Shown: positions 41,959-57,435 of the stretch, piece by piece
How the letters are laid out: each line of letters starts with the position of its first letter
Position numbering within the stretch: the first letter of the stretch is position 1
DNA from: Lingula anatina
Taxonomy: Eukaryota > Animalia > Brachiopoda
Assembly: GCA_051362555.1 (NCBI GenBank)
Contig: CM120645.1
Span: forward strand, 22,258,001 to 22,322,000
Length of the DNA stretch: 64,000 nucleotides
Reading direction: 5' to 3'
Program-made: the position numbers and the translations under genes
Notes under the pieces: model-generated
Told to the model about the DNA's origin: nothing
Database searches by the model: none
What the model saw: only the letters and a program-made list of their open reading frames with translations

Positions 41959-44522
41959 CTAATTGTCTAATACACGTAGCAAACACTGAAATTAAGTGAT
42001 CTTCTGGGGGTTACAAATGCAAAGTGCGAACTAATGGCGATAACACTCTGCAACTAGTGGCACTAATTATTTTCACAAACGAAATTCATTAACTGATTGT
42101 TGTTCGTTTTATTTGTCACTTACTTCTCTAGCACAGGAAAGTGTTCATCAATGATCGCTCTGAGTGATATTAACAAAATACATATCCAATCATATAATTT
42201 CCTCTCAAAATTTCTCTCTTTTGATCAAAAATGAATGAGGCCTTCAAATCACTGATATTATGCTCTTATAACGTGTCTGATGAACATCAGACGCATCATG
42301 ACAACGTACGCACATCGCAGTGTCCAAATGACGTGTATGATTTGTCATGGTATGTTTGCTGTTCAACAGACCAGTGCGTTCAGTTGGCATGGTACTGGTA
42401 CTGATGCCACTTCTGTCACAAGACGAGGTCCTTAATGAAGTAGCTGCTTCCACAAGGAATTCTGAAGTGTTCAGCAAACAAGTAATTCTTGACAAGTAAT
42501 TTTGTCACAAGTAGCTTAAACACAACTCAATCATGTCTATGTATGTGGAGGTATAGTGAAGCGCAATAATGGCTTCTTCTTACAAAGGGCGGTGGTTACT
42601 CTATGTTTTGCTATGCATGTAAATGGTCAGGCCATATATACGATACAGAAAGAAATACAATAACCAGTGCTCGTGCAGTCTCATGCGATGGTTGGTGCGT
42701 TCAATATAAACTAGATCTATTAGGCGACCGGAGACTGGATAGACATAATGATTTATCGAGACATATTGGTGAATGTAGTAAGAACGAAGAGCTGCGTGCA
42801 CGCAGTTTCTATAAGCAAGTGAATGTATATAGTATACAGGTTCAGACCATGACCAAGCTCGTCAGAAACGTAGCAAAGAAAGTTACGCGATTTAATTGAA
42901 CAGTTGATTTTTTTTTTTTTTTTTTTTTTTGATAGCCATTTTAAGCTGTTTCTTCACTTTGACTCATCAGTTGTATTTTTACTATCAAATACATATCTAA
43001 TAGTTATATTAGCTAGGAAAGGAAAGGCTTGTTGAGAGCTCATTCCACTGCTCTTCACTGTGACTAACAGGCAGCGTGTGACCAGATAGATATTTGCAAA
43101 TTTAGATTGTTACATCAAATACGGTTTCTAAGTGTACCGGGAGGCCTATCTCCTGTGTCTGACAATTTCGGTCTCTTTCCTGTGTAGTGGCGACTTATTG
43201 CCCTTTTGACTTCACTCTTACGCAAATATCTTTATTGGGACCGCGGGGGCCCTCCCGACCATCAGAAGATGTAGATTGGAAACTAACGCAATTACGTTTG
43301 AGATAATGAGGGAAGGTTAACAGCGTTTATTTCGTGCCCCCCTCCCACCCGCCCCGTGGATTGGTAAAGTTTAATCGATGTGTATTTCCCTGTGACCGAA
43401 CTTATGCCCGGTGTGACAGTAAGACAGAAAGTCCACCATGATAGAGAGTCTGGTTCACATTGATTTGTCAAATGTACGTAATTTCCTGTATTAACAGACA
43501 GAAATGTTTGTTTGAAATAGAGTTTGAATTAAATTTTGTACACATAAAACCGTTAATACTGAAGGTACACATTGACTTAAAGTTCACGTTACAAACGTTT
43601 CTACGTATAATGGCGAACATTGGAAAACGAGATAATTATCTTTGAGTTAATACAGGATATACAGAGGATTACGTGTGCAAATTGGCTGAAAAGGTTCCTA
43701 ATACCATATTGCTCAAGCTCCATTAAAAGTAAATTACAAATTACACTGTGTGTAATAGTAGTGGCTTTAGGAGCTGTTCTGACGGTTAATTGTAATAGAA
43801 TGCATTCGTTAGTTTCCGTGAGTCTTATTTCTACGTGGACACATACGATTCTGGATATGATGTGAACAACAAAAGGAATCCTATAATGCTTACACATTAT
43901 GATCACAATGTTAGATGAGTATAAGTCGTATATAAACACTATAAAGTGTTTCTAAAAGAAATACTTTTACAAAAAGGTGTCTTGTGTCATCGGAGAGACA
44001 TTTATACTTCAAGAACTAACTAACTGTATTGTGGCGATCCCAGGCTCCATTTAGCGATTTCCTCATACGACAAAGCCATATCTTAACGTACAAAAACGTC
44101 CTAAAAAAATAGATATCAACCACAAACAAAAACCCTTTTTTCGATAAAACAGGAAGCGGTGTCAGTTTTGCGGCTTGCTGGTTCGCCCCAAGCAAAAAAC
44201 ACACCATTTCAGAAAACCGAGTCACATCTTCGATAAAATCATTTTGGATTTTACAGCAAAGCAGGAAGCCCCTACAGCTCCGCGCGCTCCACACGCTCTC
44301 CCTTTCTTTCTGTATTGATTCTTAAAGCCATACGCGTGATACGTGACAGGCATGTGTGATGAGAGAGCCATGTTAAGTTTCCTGTCATCAAAATGAAAGA
44401 GATAGGCCCTATATATTTCATTATGCTCTCTCGCTAAGTGTGTGCGTGTCTGGGTGTGCGTTTGTGCGTGTATGTATGTAATATATAAAGATACACATGT
44501 ATACATGTGCTGGCTAGATGCA

Positions 44523-44577
<55 letters not shown>

Positions 44578-47500
44578 ATGGCACCATATCCGGACAATTC
44601 AAACCCGAATATCATCTGGAAATTACTGTTTCTTTTTTTAATCTCGAAAAATACAACACGTAATCTGGTAATCTTGTAATATTGCACGTTACTAAGTGCC
44701 TTTTTTTCTCAAACAGCTTTTCTCAGTGCTTTGACGCAGTCGGAGAAATCACAGTGATGTTATAATGGGAGTCATGCAGACACCTGTTTCGGTTGGATGA
44801 AGAACTAGCGTAGTGCATCAACGTATGAGAAAAATTGTCCATTCGTAGCGCATCAACGTATGAGAAAAAATTGTCCATTCGTTAGACTTACGTCGTATTC
44901 GTCCCGAGTACGTAGACGTTGATGTACGTTCGGAAACACGGAGGTAGATGAAATGTACCGTAACAAACATACAAATGTACCTCGAGAAGTTATGTGGCCG
45001 ATTTGTATTTGCTGGGTATATATACATGTACACACCTAGAGATGTTATGTGACCGAGTCGAAATATTATTCAATTGCTTTTAGGGGTGTTCTTCGGTGAA
45101 ATGCGAGCACTTTTTCTTGGTATGCATGTCAAATAATACACTGAAACCCGCTTGTGATATATGCCACGAACATCTCCCGCTGACGCTCCAGGTGTTCTTG
45201 CATTTTTCTACCTGGTGATAGTGTATTATTTTACCCACATCAAATAGAACAACCTGGAAAAAAAACCGAAGACCTGACAATTACTTCTTGTGTCCAGGCA
45301 AATACGCCCTTTTTGAGAACAAGGACAGCTGTTTACGCATCCCAGAATGTAAAGATCAACCGTGTTTGTGTACGTGTCACTTGCTTCCAGTCGGTAGTGT
45401 GTAATCAATACCGACACCAAGGGGAGTAATTATGGTTTGATTTAGGTGTGAGTAGGCGGAAGAGATAGGTGTTGAAACCAACGGGATCATAGGTCAGAGA
45501 ACTGGGGAATGCTATATGTATTTAATAAATGGATAGAAATAGACTACACTAGAATAGAAATGGTCAAGACTAGAATACAATCTAAATGGAAAAAACGGAC
45601 GAAAATAGAATACAATCTAAAAGAACAGAACGTGCCAGAATAGAATAGGATAGACTGGACAAGGAGAGAAGAGAAAAGAAGAAAAGAGAAAAGAATGAAA
45701 CAGAATGGACCAGGATGAAATAGAATAGAAAAACCCGGACTTTCTTATGAAAACAATCTACACCACTGAAGCAGAGATTATGTTCAATCAAAACAATAAC
45801 AAAAATTAAGATAAATTACAGTCTATTTGCGGTTTTCATGTCTGACCAGAACCATTCAGAGTGCCGGTGTGCTGTATCTATATTTGTTAGAATTCAAGGA
45901 AGTTTGGCTGGGTGCACCTATAGTAAATGCTGCTACAAATGTGCCTGGAAAAGTTGCATCAGCGAGTGCTCCTGGGAAATCAAGGTCGTCCTGAGAATGC
46001 ATAGCGTTATCTTGTAATATTCTACGTGTACTGGTGTGTAAGCAGGCAGGGTACAGGCGTGACTATAACCCGAACAATGCCTCTATGATATATACAGGCT
46101 GAAAAATACCATATACAATATACAATATACAATCAATTTTTTATGTGTCATGTCACCTGTAAACCCTTTAAGTATTGCACCTATTAAACGTTTATATGTG
46201 GTGAACCAAACACTCTAAGAAATGAACCAGTACAGTTATTTAGGATTACGACTTGATTTTCAAAATCTCCACGTTTGAAACTCAAGCAAATTTGCACGAA
46301 TCACAGCAGATGCGCCTTATATGTTGTTAACGGTAGCCTACTGTAGAGGCATCTCGTCTCATTACTTGTCCAGGCACCTCCCCATCGTTACCATCAGCAA
46401 TAGTTATGATCCTCGTTTTGCGAAAATCTATCTATGACTCAAAAACCTAATCAAATTCCACGGCCTTTTTGGCTCTATTTTCCCTCGATCATCTCGCGTT
46501 AGCCTCTATTTCATTACGAGAATACACAACGGGCCCTCCCAAAAGCAATTTTAATACCATACCGCAGAAGGATTACCCCCAATTTATTGAGTTCCAGGCA
46601 ATTATTTTGGACTACATCCTGCAGACACAGCGGCGTGGACATTTTGAAAAGTAAAGCCCTGTGGAAGGGCAATGTAATGCAAAATTGCCACATGAGGGCT
46701 GCCCGGGAGAAGTCGATCCTTCATACAAATTCGATATTTGTTAAGCTTGTCTTCGTTTTCCCTTAGATCTATAGAAAGGAGATTACTGGGGAAACCACAG
46801 TGGGTAGAGATCTATTGATGGGCTGCATGGTTAGCGTTCTTGTTTTTGTATTGATGGCATTTTTGGACACAATTCTTTTTTATCAGATGTGGATAAAATG
46901 TACTATTTGTTTATCATTCATCACGTATTACCCATCATTTTAACGGGAATGTGCATCTCAACTCTCTTGCTAAGCCGTTAATTAAATGGATTCCTTTAAT
47001 CTTTGTTAATCTATTGCCAACATCCTGGGAAATTATGCTCTTTATCTGTCAAAACGACTTCTAATGAGAAGTGTAGATAGTCTAGCAGGTGTCATAACTT
47101 TGCCTTTTATCTTAATCCTTACATAATTGTCTTTTTTAATTTTCTGCCAAGACGGATTTCAAAGAAATTTATGCGATTTGTAAGTGCTTCTGTGCCTTTT
47201 GGGAGAGATATGTTTAAAGTGTCTGGCGTTTGTACCACTTTAATAAGAACAGACTGCGCGTCTTGTTCTAGACGGCACAAGGACGTTTCGCCAAGGTTCT
47301 TTATAGATTGCGCGATCTTTTGATAAAATTGCCTGTTAGCTGACATTAATGAAAGCATTAATCGCTGGGGTTTGAGAAAAGTGATATTGCTGTTTCACGC
47401 TAGTTTTCATGTCTCGGTTGTCTCTGGTGTGTTTGCTTGTCTATTGTTTTTCATCAAAACTCATTCCCATTTTCACGTCAAATGCTGTTTGTCTGGTGTG

Positions 47501-50500
47501 GTTTTGCATATGTGGGATTGGAATGGGAAATTGCACTTTCTATCACGTCTCTGCGTCTGATCCACGGCTGTTTTGTTTGTTCAGTTGTTCTCCTCTAAGA
47601 CGCGCCATTAAGTGGGCGCTTGAAAGTGACAAGTGCAAGCCAAGTGAAAGCAAATCTAAGACACACGCAAGACAAACAAGGGGCTCAATTTCATTTATTC
47701 TGTGAGTTGACTTGCGGTTGATTTATAGTCTTGAGATTATTGATTGGGCATTGGGAGCTCAAGCATTTGCGTTATTTCATATGAACGTTATCGGTGATAA
47801 GGCAGAAAAAAACTTCAAAGGGAAAAGCAAATCTTGTCAGTAAAAATTATCTCAAGTGTCTGAATTTGCCCTGGTAGACCTGCGAGTGTGTATAGCGCTG
47901 CCTTGGCGACTCTAGGAAACAATTGGAAGAGAACAATTTAACACGAACTCAGAGAATCCACTTCACCCAACCTGTCATTAAATAGTTAATAAAGTTTACT
48001 TTGGAACAAAGGTATTGGTCTACTCCAACAACTCAATAACCTCATTAGAAAGATAAAAAACGGCACTTATATTGCTTTATTAAAAAAGACTGAAACATAA
48101 AAAAGTAATGAACAGAAACAGTAACCCCCTTTCAATCATACCATCGTTTGTTGTTCTTGTCTTTCATGTTTTTGATAGCAGGACTTCAAGGTGCGACATG
48201 TATCTATAGAAAATGACAGTTTCACTTTCAATATTCATGTCCATAAAGTTTTGAAACAGGACCTGCAAAACACGCGGTGCTGTTTTCCCCACCTGGGAAT
48301 CACGAGAGAGTTCAGCGTGAGAATTTCAAAGAAAGGCTCGCCCGTGTACGAAATGAATAGTCCCCTAGGGGTGTAGTTAGCGACCAGTGAAGTGTTGAAT
48401 GCATACCCCAGCCCAACCGAGCCAATTACAGAAGGTTAATAATATTCTCAGGGAGTGTCTGGTTTACTATCGAGGTGTCGCTGAACTTAATAGAAAGTTC
48501 ATTCCTGAATCCGGGATGGAAGTGAGAAGCAAATATCCTCCATCGTGATTGTGTGTGAAATCACGCCAGTAGGTTGAAAATGCAGTATGGGAATGGTGAC
48601 CATTTGATATCCAATGTAAAGGCACACGTACAACCTTGCTCGGACAAGAGGCGGGGGCGACGGGGGGGGGGGGGGGGGGGGGGGCACAGGAACCCCTGTT
48701 CTAGGACATGTTGACAACCGTAGGTGAGCGTTAAATAAGACAAATTCCGCAGGGGAACACGTAAAGGCTATGACAGCTGTTCTGCACGTGGTTTCATCTT
48801 CGTGGTCATAATGTGCTGTGACCCATTGAAACATTTACTAATGACTGTCTGTCACTCATTTTTCGAAGCCATGGAAAAATGAACTTTGACGGTAAAGACA
48901 CAACGATTAAAATACATTCAAATGTCCGTGTATAAGTATCTCAATAACAGGGGGTTGCAAACCTACGCTTTCATAAGTACATGGATGTACTAGAACACAA
49001 ATAATTAAGCCATCCCCATAGTGGAAACGTGAAAACAACATCTTTCGATAAAGAAAAAAGAGTCCACGTAAACGTGACTAACATTGAACATGACTCTAAC
49101 AAACATTATTAGGCTACTCAGTACCGCACCTTAATTGTATAGTATTTTTTATTTCCACAAAAACACGAAAATAACTGATACCTACATGTACATCTCATTT
49201 ATTCCCACTTGACAAAGGACGCTATTGAAGGTTGGGTGAAGGACAAGAGAAATGTGATACAGTGCATTTAAGTGGAAGGAAATGTACATGCATGTTTTCT
49301 CTAGTGTTGGCAGGAGTGTTTTGTCTGATAATAAAGCTTGAGTGGGATTCTAAAAAAACTGTTAGAGGACATGCAGGCAAGAGACAACCAACGTCATACA
49401 TTTTTTTCGCATGAAATCGGTCGCGCACGTGTTGTTTAGCAGCGGTCTATCGGGACAACAGTAGGCCTACATGATTGATGCATATCTTTTTAATGTGACA
49501 GTCGTATCTCACAATAGTGCATTCACTTTAATAAGTTAAAAAGAGAACGGTTTCATAAATCGTATATACAATTTATTTAAAACGCATTTGTTTTTATGAA
49601 GAGCTTAGAAAAACTATTGCTTGTAAGGTAAACGCGGAATGATTGATTTTCTTCGATGTTATTTTTTTATATATGCCATTTGCTTTGACTTAATGCCGTT
49701 GTGACAAGGAAAGAATTTAACTGAAGGTCAGAAGGATCTTGTAATGTTATACTTGCGTCATATGTCGGGTTTTATTTAATCAAGATAAATGTCTTGTCAA
49801 ATCACATGTCTCTCTACACAATACCCCTGCTGTTAGCAAGGAAACGGCAGGTCGTGGAATCCAGCAGAATGTTTTAAATTTAAACGCAAAACACGTGGAT
49901 TGTGACATAAAGTCTGAAAACCAATGTCGTGTGAAAGAGATTGCACAAAAAGAAATGCATGTCTATGTGTTTGGTAAAAATTGCATGATTGCTTAAAATA
50001 CGTTTTTTGTGTATGTGGCGATGAGGTTCAAATTTATAGTCAGTTTTACCTCTGCTATTACTGAACACACCGTCAGTTTATTCTTTGTGTCCATTATCTA
50101 CACTTATTGGATGGGGTCAAGATGATTTCCTAACATAACCATACAGAAAGTTATGTCTCACTACAGTCCATTTAAACCAGGTTCGATTAATGTGGTCTCA
50201 TCGCTTGATTACAATCAGGCATTACGAGCCGTATGGAAATGGCCTCTGGAAGTGGAGATATCTAAACCATAATGAACTGAGCTCATTTTGTGCATCCTTT
50301 ATCTTTGGAATTAGCTTGTTCGCTTTTGACAGTCGGCATTTCCGTATGTCATTTTCTAAACGGATTAACTTTGCTGGTGAAATGGCTTGGGCCTTTGGGT
50401 TTCCTAACCTAGACCATAATTGACCATAATTTAGTTCTATATTGGACAGCTGTTGAGCTGTAAACATTAGCAGTTCTCTGCTGTGTGTTGTCAGGTTCAG

Positions 50501-52427
50501 AGACAATGGAACCTGCAGATATACCATCACCTTAATGTGCATTTAGATTTGCAGTAGAATGGCCTTGACAAAAGCCATTGAAGGGTATATATCCAAATCG
50601 GAATTATTATCTGAAAAAAAAATTAATTCATTTTACTCACGAATCATTGCTTGGACCGTTTCTCCACTTGCACTTGATATTTTAAAAAGCATTTCTCATT
50701 AAAGATGCATACAAAGTCAATTTTTTGTCACAAAAACCAACCAAATGCCAGCATATAGTTTCAAGTAGTATAATTAAGAGAATTACCAAAAGGCATTGTT
50801 TAATTTTACCCGAAAATGATGTTTGAACGGATTTTTCTGCTGGCATTCTAAGCTGTATGTCAATGGGGCAGGAAAGTAGGTCACAAAAGTAGGTTAAATT
50901 TACAACCAAAAATTTAAAGAAAGGAGCAGCCTAGAGGTCTTTTATGGCTGATCGAGTGATCTATTCAGTTTATCCCTTGGCATGTCGAATTTATTTGAGT
51001 CATATAAGAATCTAGTAGAAATGGTTTACATGTGTTACTGGGAATCCACGCTCCACCGATGCTCGGTTCGTATGTACCTTTAAATAATTTGGTTCGAAAT
51101 GACTGCTACATGTGCATTCACGAAAGAAATACCGAAATCATTTACTATATTTGAGAGGTTTTATCGGTTTTAATGGCTTTTTGTAACTTAATGCAGCAGC
51201 TGACAACATATAGGCTTGTAGCTACACGTTGCGCAGGTTGCTTCAGCGCCATTCAAAAGGGCATCCATAGATGTCCACATGTTCTGCTCTCAACCGAAGA
51301 ACAGGTTCTCTATTTAATGCTACATGTCAATGTATTGATGTTTTAATTCCTTGATAATGCCTGTTTATTGACCTTGGCAGTCATAAAAGACCACATCGTT
51401 GACATCTGTAAAGTCTCATTTGAACTTTGACTTCCCCCAAGCTGCTTCATAATTTAATGATTTTCAGATTAGAACCACGTCCATAGTGAGGGAAGGGCTC
51501 AAGTGTGGCGTTGGGCTATTTTGAAATGCAACCAACCACAGAAATACTCAATTTTTTGGGCAAATACTATATAGTTAGTGTGTCACTGAAATCGCCAATG
51601 ACTACATTGGTAGCCAGAAGTATTATTTACCTTCTTTTAAATAACGCCACAATCACTTTAATAATACAAGCCTGACCTGAGTGTCATTCTACCTTTGAGA
51701 TTAAGAGCAATTAATCTTGGTGTCAGCCAAGTTGGAAGGCTGAAGTTGTCAAGGGTACAATCGCAGGTCACGCAGAGCGCTGCAGTGTCGCTATAAATGG
51801 TAAGCGGAGCGATTACTTTACACGCAACCCGCTCACGGAATCTCTACCAAGTTCACGGAGTGCAGTGACTATATATAGTCCATTTCCATTGTGCATTCTG
51901 GGGATGCAGAGCTGAGAAATGTCAAGACGAAATTAGACGAATTGGAAAGACATCGTGCCTATAGCGATAATAAAGTGCGAAAAAGAAAATTGTACAATAA
52001 TGGTAATATAACTGATATTTATAAATGCTTCAACACTGCAAACTTTACATTTTTGCAATATTCTATTTATTAATGATAAAAAGTCATCATAGCACGCCTG
52101 TTAGTTATCTTAAACTAGTCATCTTATTGATACCCATTAGCATTTTTATAATTAAAGTTGTAGCAAATATTTTTATTCTTTTATCTCGAAAAATTACTGT
52201 CGCCACAAAATCAAAGGATTTCATTTCATAGCCACGCTTTATCTCATCGACGACAATTCCTTTTTCCTTAATTGTTTAATCCATTGATTTATTCCTATGG
52301 GTAAGTTTACGTAACACTTTATGAATTCACAATAAGAATTAGCTGATTAAAAACGTAGCGATAACAAAATTATCCTGACTCATTCCAGCTGATGCATTTT
52401 GTATATTACTTTTTGTATATGACACTT

Positions 52428-52466
<39 letters not shown>

Positions 52467-54807
52467 GTGTCTCGAAAGGGCGAACGCACCATAAACTTAA
52501 CATTTATTTGTAAAAGTTGTTCCCAAGTTTACAGTAGAGTAAGGTACAAAGATTTCTCACATGACGTAGACGTAATGATTCGATAATTTTGTCGATGCAC
52601 ATAACCAACATTCAGCACCTTTTATGTTTGGTACTGTTCATTATTTATTGGGTAAATTATGCAATATAAGTATTCACTTATTCATACATGTACAAGCTTT
52701 GTTAATCTTACCTTTAAGTTCAGTCTTTAAATGAACTACAACCGAGTGGATATCGCTTTCACTTAGTCAACGGGAGTAGGCCCTATATACGCTTCATTAA
52801 CTAAACCTTGAAAAGTTGACAAGCGTTTATGATAGACGATTCTTTAAAAAAACAGCGAAACATATAGGACAAAGTTTAAACGGAAAGGGTCACCTCGAAT
52901 TTAACTGCATACGTCTTTGAAAACTAATTGTTGAATAAGCCTTTCGCTTTTCCGGCGTGAAACCTGGTTAATGCCAAACTGTCAATTCCTGTCTCTCGAA
53001 CATGTGATTAAGTAGATTTGCGGTTTAGCCGACTTCCTTTCTAATCAACTTACATATCCCATGTTGACCATGTGTTAGAACTATTCCTACATAACTCTTC
53101 ACTAGAGTTATATCCTGTTATATCCTGTTATATCCTGATGTAGAACATACACTTATATTATATTATATTATATTATATTATATTATATTATATTATATTA
53201 TATTATATTCCCGGTAACAATGATAATATCACGACATACTTACCATTATTTCAAAATACCAAACGCAAGGATACTCGCACTATATGTTACCAGTAAGTAC
53301 ACAATTTGTGTTGAAACCACATTAATAATGATAGAAAAAATACAAAACAGGGTGTCTCGTTAGTTCTCTCCTTTTAATTCCAACCTATGGTGGTCAGAAT
53401 TACTCTCGTTAATTAACGCTTAACAGCAGTAAACTTTGTAACCCATATCGGCCCAAATTATTCGGTAACTGAAAGTTCCAATGGAACGGACCGTACACCC
53501 GCGGGACGTGTGTAATTTCTGGCCTCTGTACAAGCAGCTGGGTAAATCACTCTGATGTAATTAGTGTTACATAAAACACTTTTTCCTGTCCAAATAGTCT
53601 GCATAGTCCGCAGTAACGTGGACCTTCGTGATTAGATACAACTCTCGCGAGATTTGTTGATGTTCCTTAAGTTGCCATAATTTGCTGAGATGAGCTTTTA
53701 TCTGCACAATATATTACAATGAACATTGCATAACATACATTTATGTATCTCCATCTGTTACAGTGTGTCTGTAAATAATGTTTTTTTATCTGATGCCCAA
53801 GGGATATACTAAAGTGTCGCTGTCCGTCTGGTTTTCTGGAAGACGTCACTTCATAGTTAGTGTAATCAGTATTGAATAAAATTTTTACGACTGTCAACAC
53901 GCATTGCACCTTTTGCGAGGATTTCTAACAGCTCAAGGGGCCTGAAGCTTAATCAAGACAAAACTGTGATAATGACTGCAAAAAAAGCATGCTTCTGGCT
54001 GCACAAACGACACTGTCTGTGTAATAAATTTAATTTATTTTTGCAGAAAATACGTGGTACTTTTCCTGTCTTTTGCCAATCGATGCTGAATTGTGCTTTC
54101 TTACATACATATGTTATTTGAAATTGCTTATTCAGTATGTAGGATGCACAGGCTAGGCGATTTAAACAGAACTTCGATTACTGAAACAATCACACAAGTT
54201 AACAAGAAGCAAATTTTATTAAAGCTTTCCACTGGCCGCCATATAGCTATTTCTGTCCCCTGGCTTGTATGCAAAATATTCAATTAAAACCGTAACAACT
54301 CCAACCCGGCCCCCATGGACCTAATAGCCTCCAAGGAAATAAATTATGCACACAGTATAGTAAGTTAACATTAGTCTTTAAATAGCCTTTTATTCTCCCC
54401 CCATGGTATGAAGCCAACGAGATAGGCAAGCCCATATGCAATTTAGATTTGAATTTCCAACTACAAACCAGACTCACTTGTCAAAGGAAGTTATTGCAGA
54501 CTTTGTTTCTTGGTTAAACGAAAACACGACCTGCAATGTTTTAGTGATTCGATGACTCGCTTTGTGTCTACTTTAAAATTGGACCCTCACTAATAATGGA
54601 GACACTTTTGTAATGAAACGCGTTTGAGAGTTAATCAAATTATTCAGCCGAGTAAGATTAACAGCGGTGAAGCTATGATTTTACGTGACAGAGACACTGG
54701 ATGGGTATAAGTTGACTATAACCCCAACGCCAGGTGAACTGGAACCTTCAAGTTTCCTAAATCCTTATGGCTTAATGTAATATGAACTGGACTCTTAAAG
54801 CTTTAAA

Positions 54808-54845
<38 letters not shown>

Positions 54846-57394
54846 AGGGGTGCCTTAAAGATAAAAATCAACAACTTTTGCGCTGTAATCAGCATGATTG
54901 TGGTGTGTATACTCCCAGGCACCACAAATACAGATCCACTTTCATCTGGAAAAATCACTTTTTGCCGGGGAGCTTTACTGCATGTACCGTACCAAGTATC
55001 ACAATATTTCAACCCCAGAATTCCCTGAAGCCCTGAATCTCTCTTAATACACGCATTTACAACGTGCGTGCGATCCAGTACCGTAGTACAGATTTATAAA
55101 GATAAGAGCATCACCTGGTAGCATGTTGATGCCTGTTTTTTGCAGAATAGTAAAGTGTTAACGCCATAAACAAAATAATCTATCCCATGCGGCGATATAT
55201 CCATGCAAAGTCCTCATCCTGGGTTAAAACCTTTCCGTAAAAGGCTGTGCTTGTGTTACAAGGGAAATCCCGTTGAGATCAACCGGTCCCTCGACAACCA
55301 ACGCCCAAACAGACCTTTCCCCCCTTAAACCCCTTTCCCATTACAAATTATTTCCCACGACAATTATATCAATAACGGTATCAATAAGTAAATTTATAGT
55401 GCAATAATGTTCGTATGGAAGTTCCTGTATGAGTCATACCAAAGTATTAATGATACATATACAATGCATCTCACATCAAGACGAAAATATATGAGGATGA
55501 AATTTCTGTTTCAGCGCTACTCACACCTGCTATAACAATGACACATATACCGTGTATATACTAACGTGTTCATTCTGTGTTTACACAGAGGCTCGTGGTT
55601 GACGTTTCTTTTGACATGCTTGATACAAAGACAATCATACCGACTAAAGAATGCAGAGTTCTTTTTTGACTAGTTGCATGTAACAAAAATCGTCACAAGG
55701 TGAAGTTATGCATATTACTGTTCGATATCAGCTTCCTGTAATGAAGAAATGATAGCATGTACGTAGTATATACCAATCATACGAATATAAGAGAATGCCA
55801 TTTGGATCAGAGGCAAAATGCAGTTATTTTTCATCGCTTAATCAAATGATTCCACCCATTTTGATAAAACAGTGCCCTTTTCATATCTGTCAGACTTATT
55901 CAGTATCAAATGGTAACGACTTCATGTCCAAGCACCGACTAAAACCCACCAAAATGGAATAAGATAAATAAATAAACAACTAAGTAACTAAATAATGCAG
56001 TATACCAGGGTTGTCGTCTTGAAAAAAAGTCGTCCTAAATATCGACCGGTGTGAAATTCCTCTCTTAAGTGGAACATCCTTGCATTTCTTGCACTGAAAA
56101 AACGTTGACACATACTGATCATATTACACGATATGTCAATACAGACAAACGGACCACAAATCTTCTTCTTCAAGAAACCACAGACTGCGTCCCTTTCTAC
56201 ATCATGCCAGCAACATCAACGTGATTGATTCAACCACAATCTAATAGTGTCGTGTACATTTTAAAATATTTGTGTTCTTCGCGTATTATCTATAAGTAAT
56301 CGCGATTCTTTGCTTCGGCTCTAACAAAAAGGAATGGGTGACCCGGTCCAAAGGTTGGGAAGATCTAGTTACTCTTTCCCGGAGGCATTCATTGCGTTCA
56401 TTTTAGGGACCGGAATCGATCCGCTGAGAGCGCACGCGACATTTATATGATGAAACATTAAGCCCAATGCCCTTGTAGGCCGTTAGAGAAAAGCACCCGG
56501 AGCCCGCGGCGTAGCTCTGATGCTGCGTAACGATTACTTTAACAAATACCGCTCATCATTCACACGGTCGAATTCAGACTGTTCCGATCCCGGGATAAGA
56601 TCAGCTCATATTGAAAAATATTCCGAAGGGGAAAGTTGGTAAATTGCTCCATGTTGTACCGCTGTTTGTAATGGAATTGCTTTTCAAAAAGAGTTCAGTC
56701 TTACTCAGAATGTCTTTTGTCGTTCACAGTGTTAAGTTTTTTGGGGGCTAGGCCTATAATAGCGCTTTAAAGATGTCTTGCGTGTGATCGAGCCATCAGC
56801 AAGGAACTTCCCTTTTGCCTCCAGAACGCTGGCAGCGAACACATTTTATTTGTAACGATGACGCATTACTGCCCGCGCTACTTCAAGGCTATTACTTCTA
56901 AGAATAACACTTGGGGGCTCGAGGCGTTACTTTCACTGCAAAGATCGGCATCCCCATTGATCGACAGGGGAAGACTGACTCATTAATGCAGGATTGTTTC
57001 TTCATTAATGTTTCATAATTGCGTATCATTTGCAGCGTACCAGATGTTTACGTAATTGATTGACATGGGACCTGCTAACGACTTGCTAGCGTTCTAAAGA
57101 CAATGGCTTTTGTATCAGGGTTTTAGATGGTTAGAGAACACTCCTACGTCGCGTAGCTGGAAGGAGGGAAAACTCACGGCTAACATCAGATCGAAGCTTA
57201 TTTTAAGGCCCTGGCGTGCGCCTAGAGGAGAATACTGTAGAAATACGAACGCAGGTTGTGTGGTGACGGTTAAACACACTCTCTCTCTCTCTTATAAAAT
57301 AGAAAATAGTTCAACGACTTATGTTCACGCACATACACAAACACATGCACGCATACACATAAACACCAACAAACAAACATACATAAGCGCACGT

Positions 57395-57435
<41 letters not shown>

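Noticed and set aside
44222-44663. ORFs with HTHT/VCVC runs (also near 54800, 57110 and 62807)
   Set aside because: They are translations of (CA)n/(GA)n microsatellites.
51891-52073. Coiled-coil-looking 60-aa ORF after TATA-like motifs
   Set aside because: It starts at GTG, nearby ATGs hit stops immediately, and no good phase-2 donor was found.
56447-56520. Possible C/D snoRNA (ATGATGA ... CTGA, 74 nt)
   Set aside because: The terminal stem is weak and I could not recognise an rRNA- or snRNA-complementary guide. It would need a snoscan or Infernal hit.
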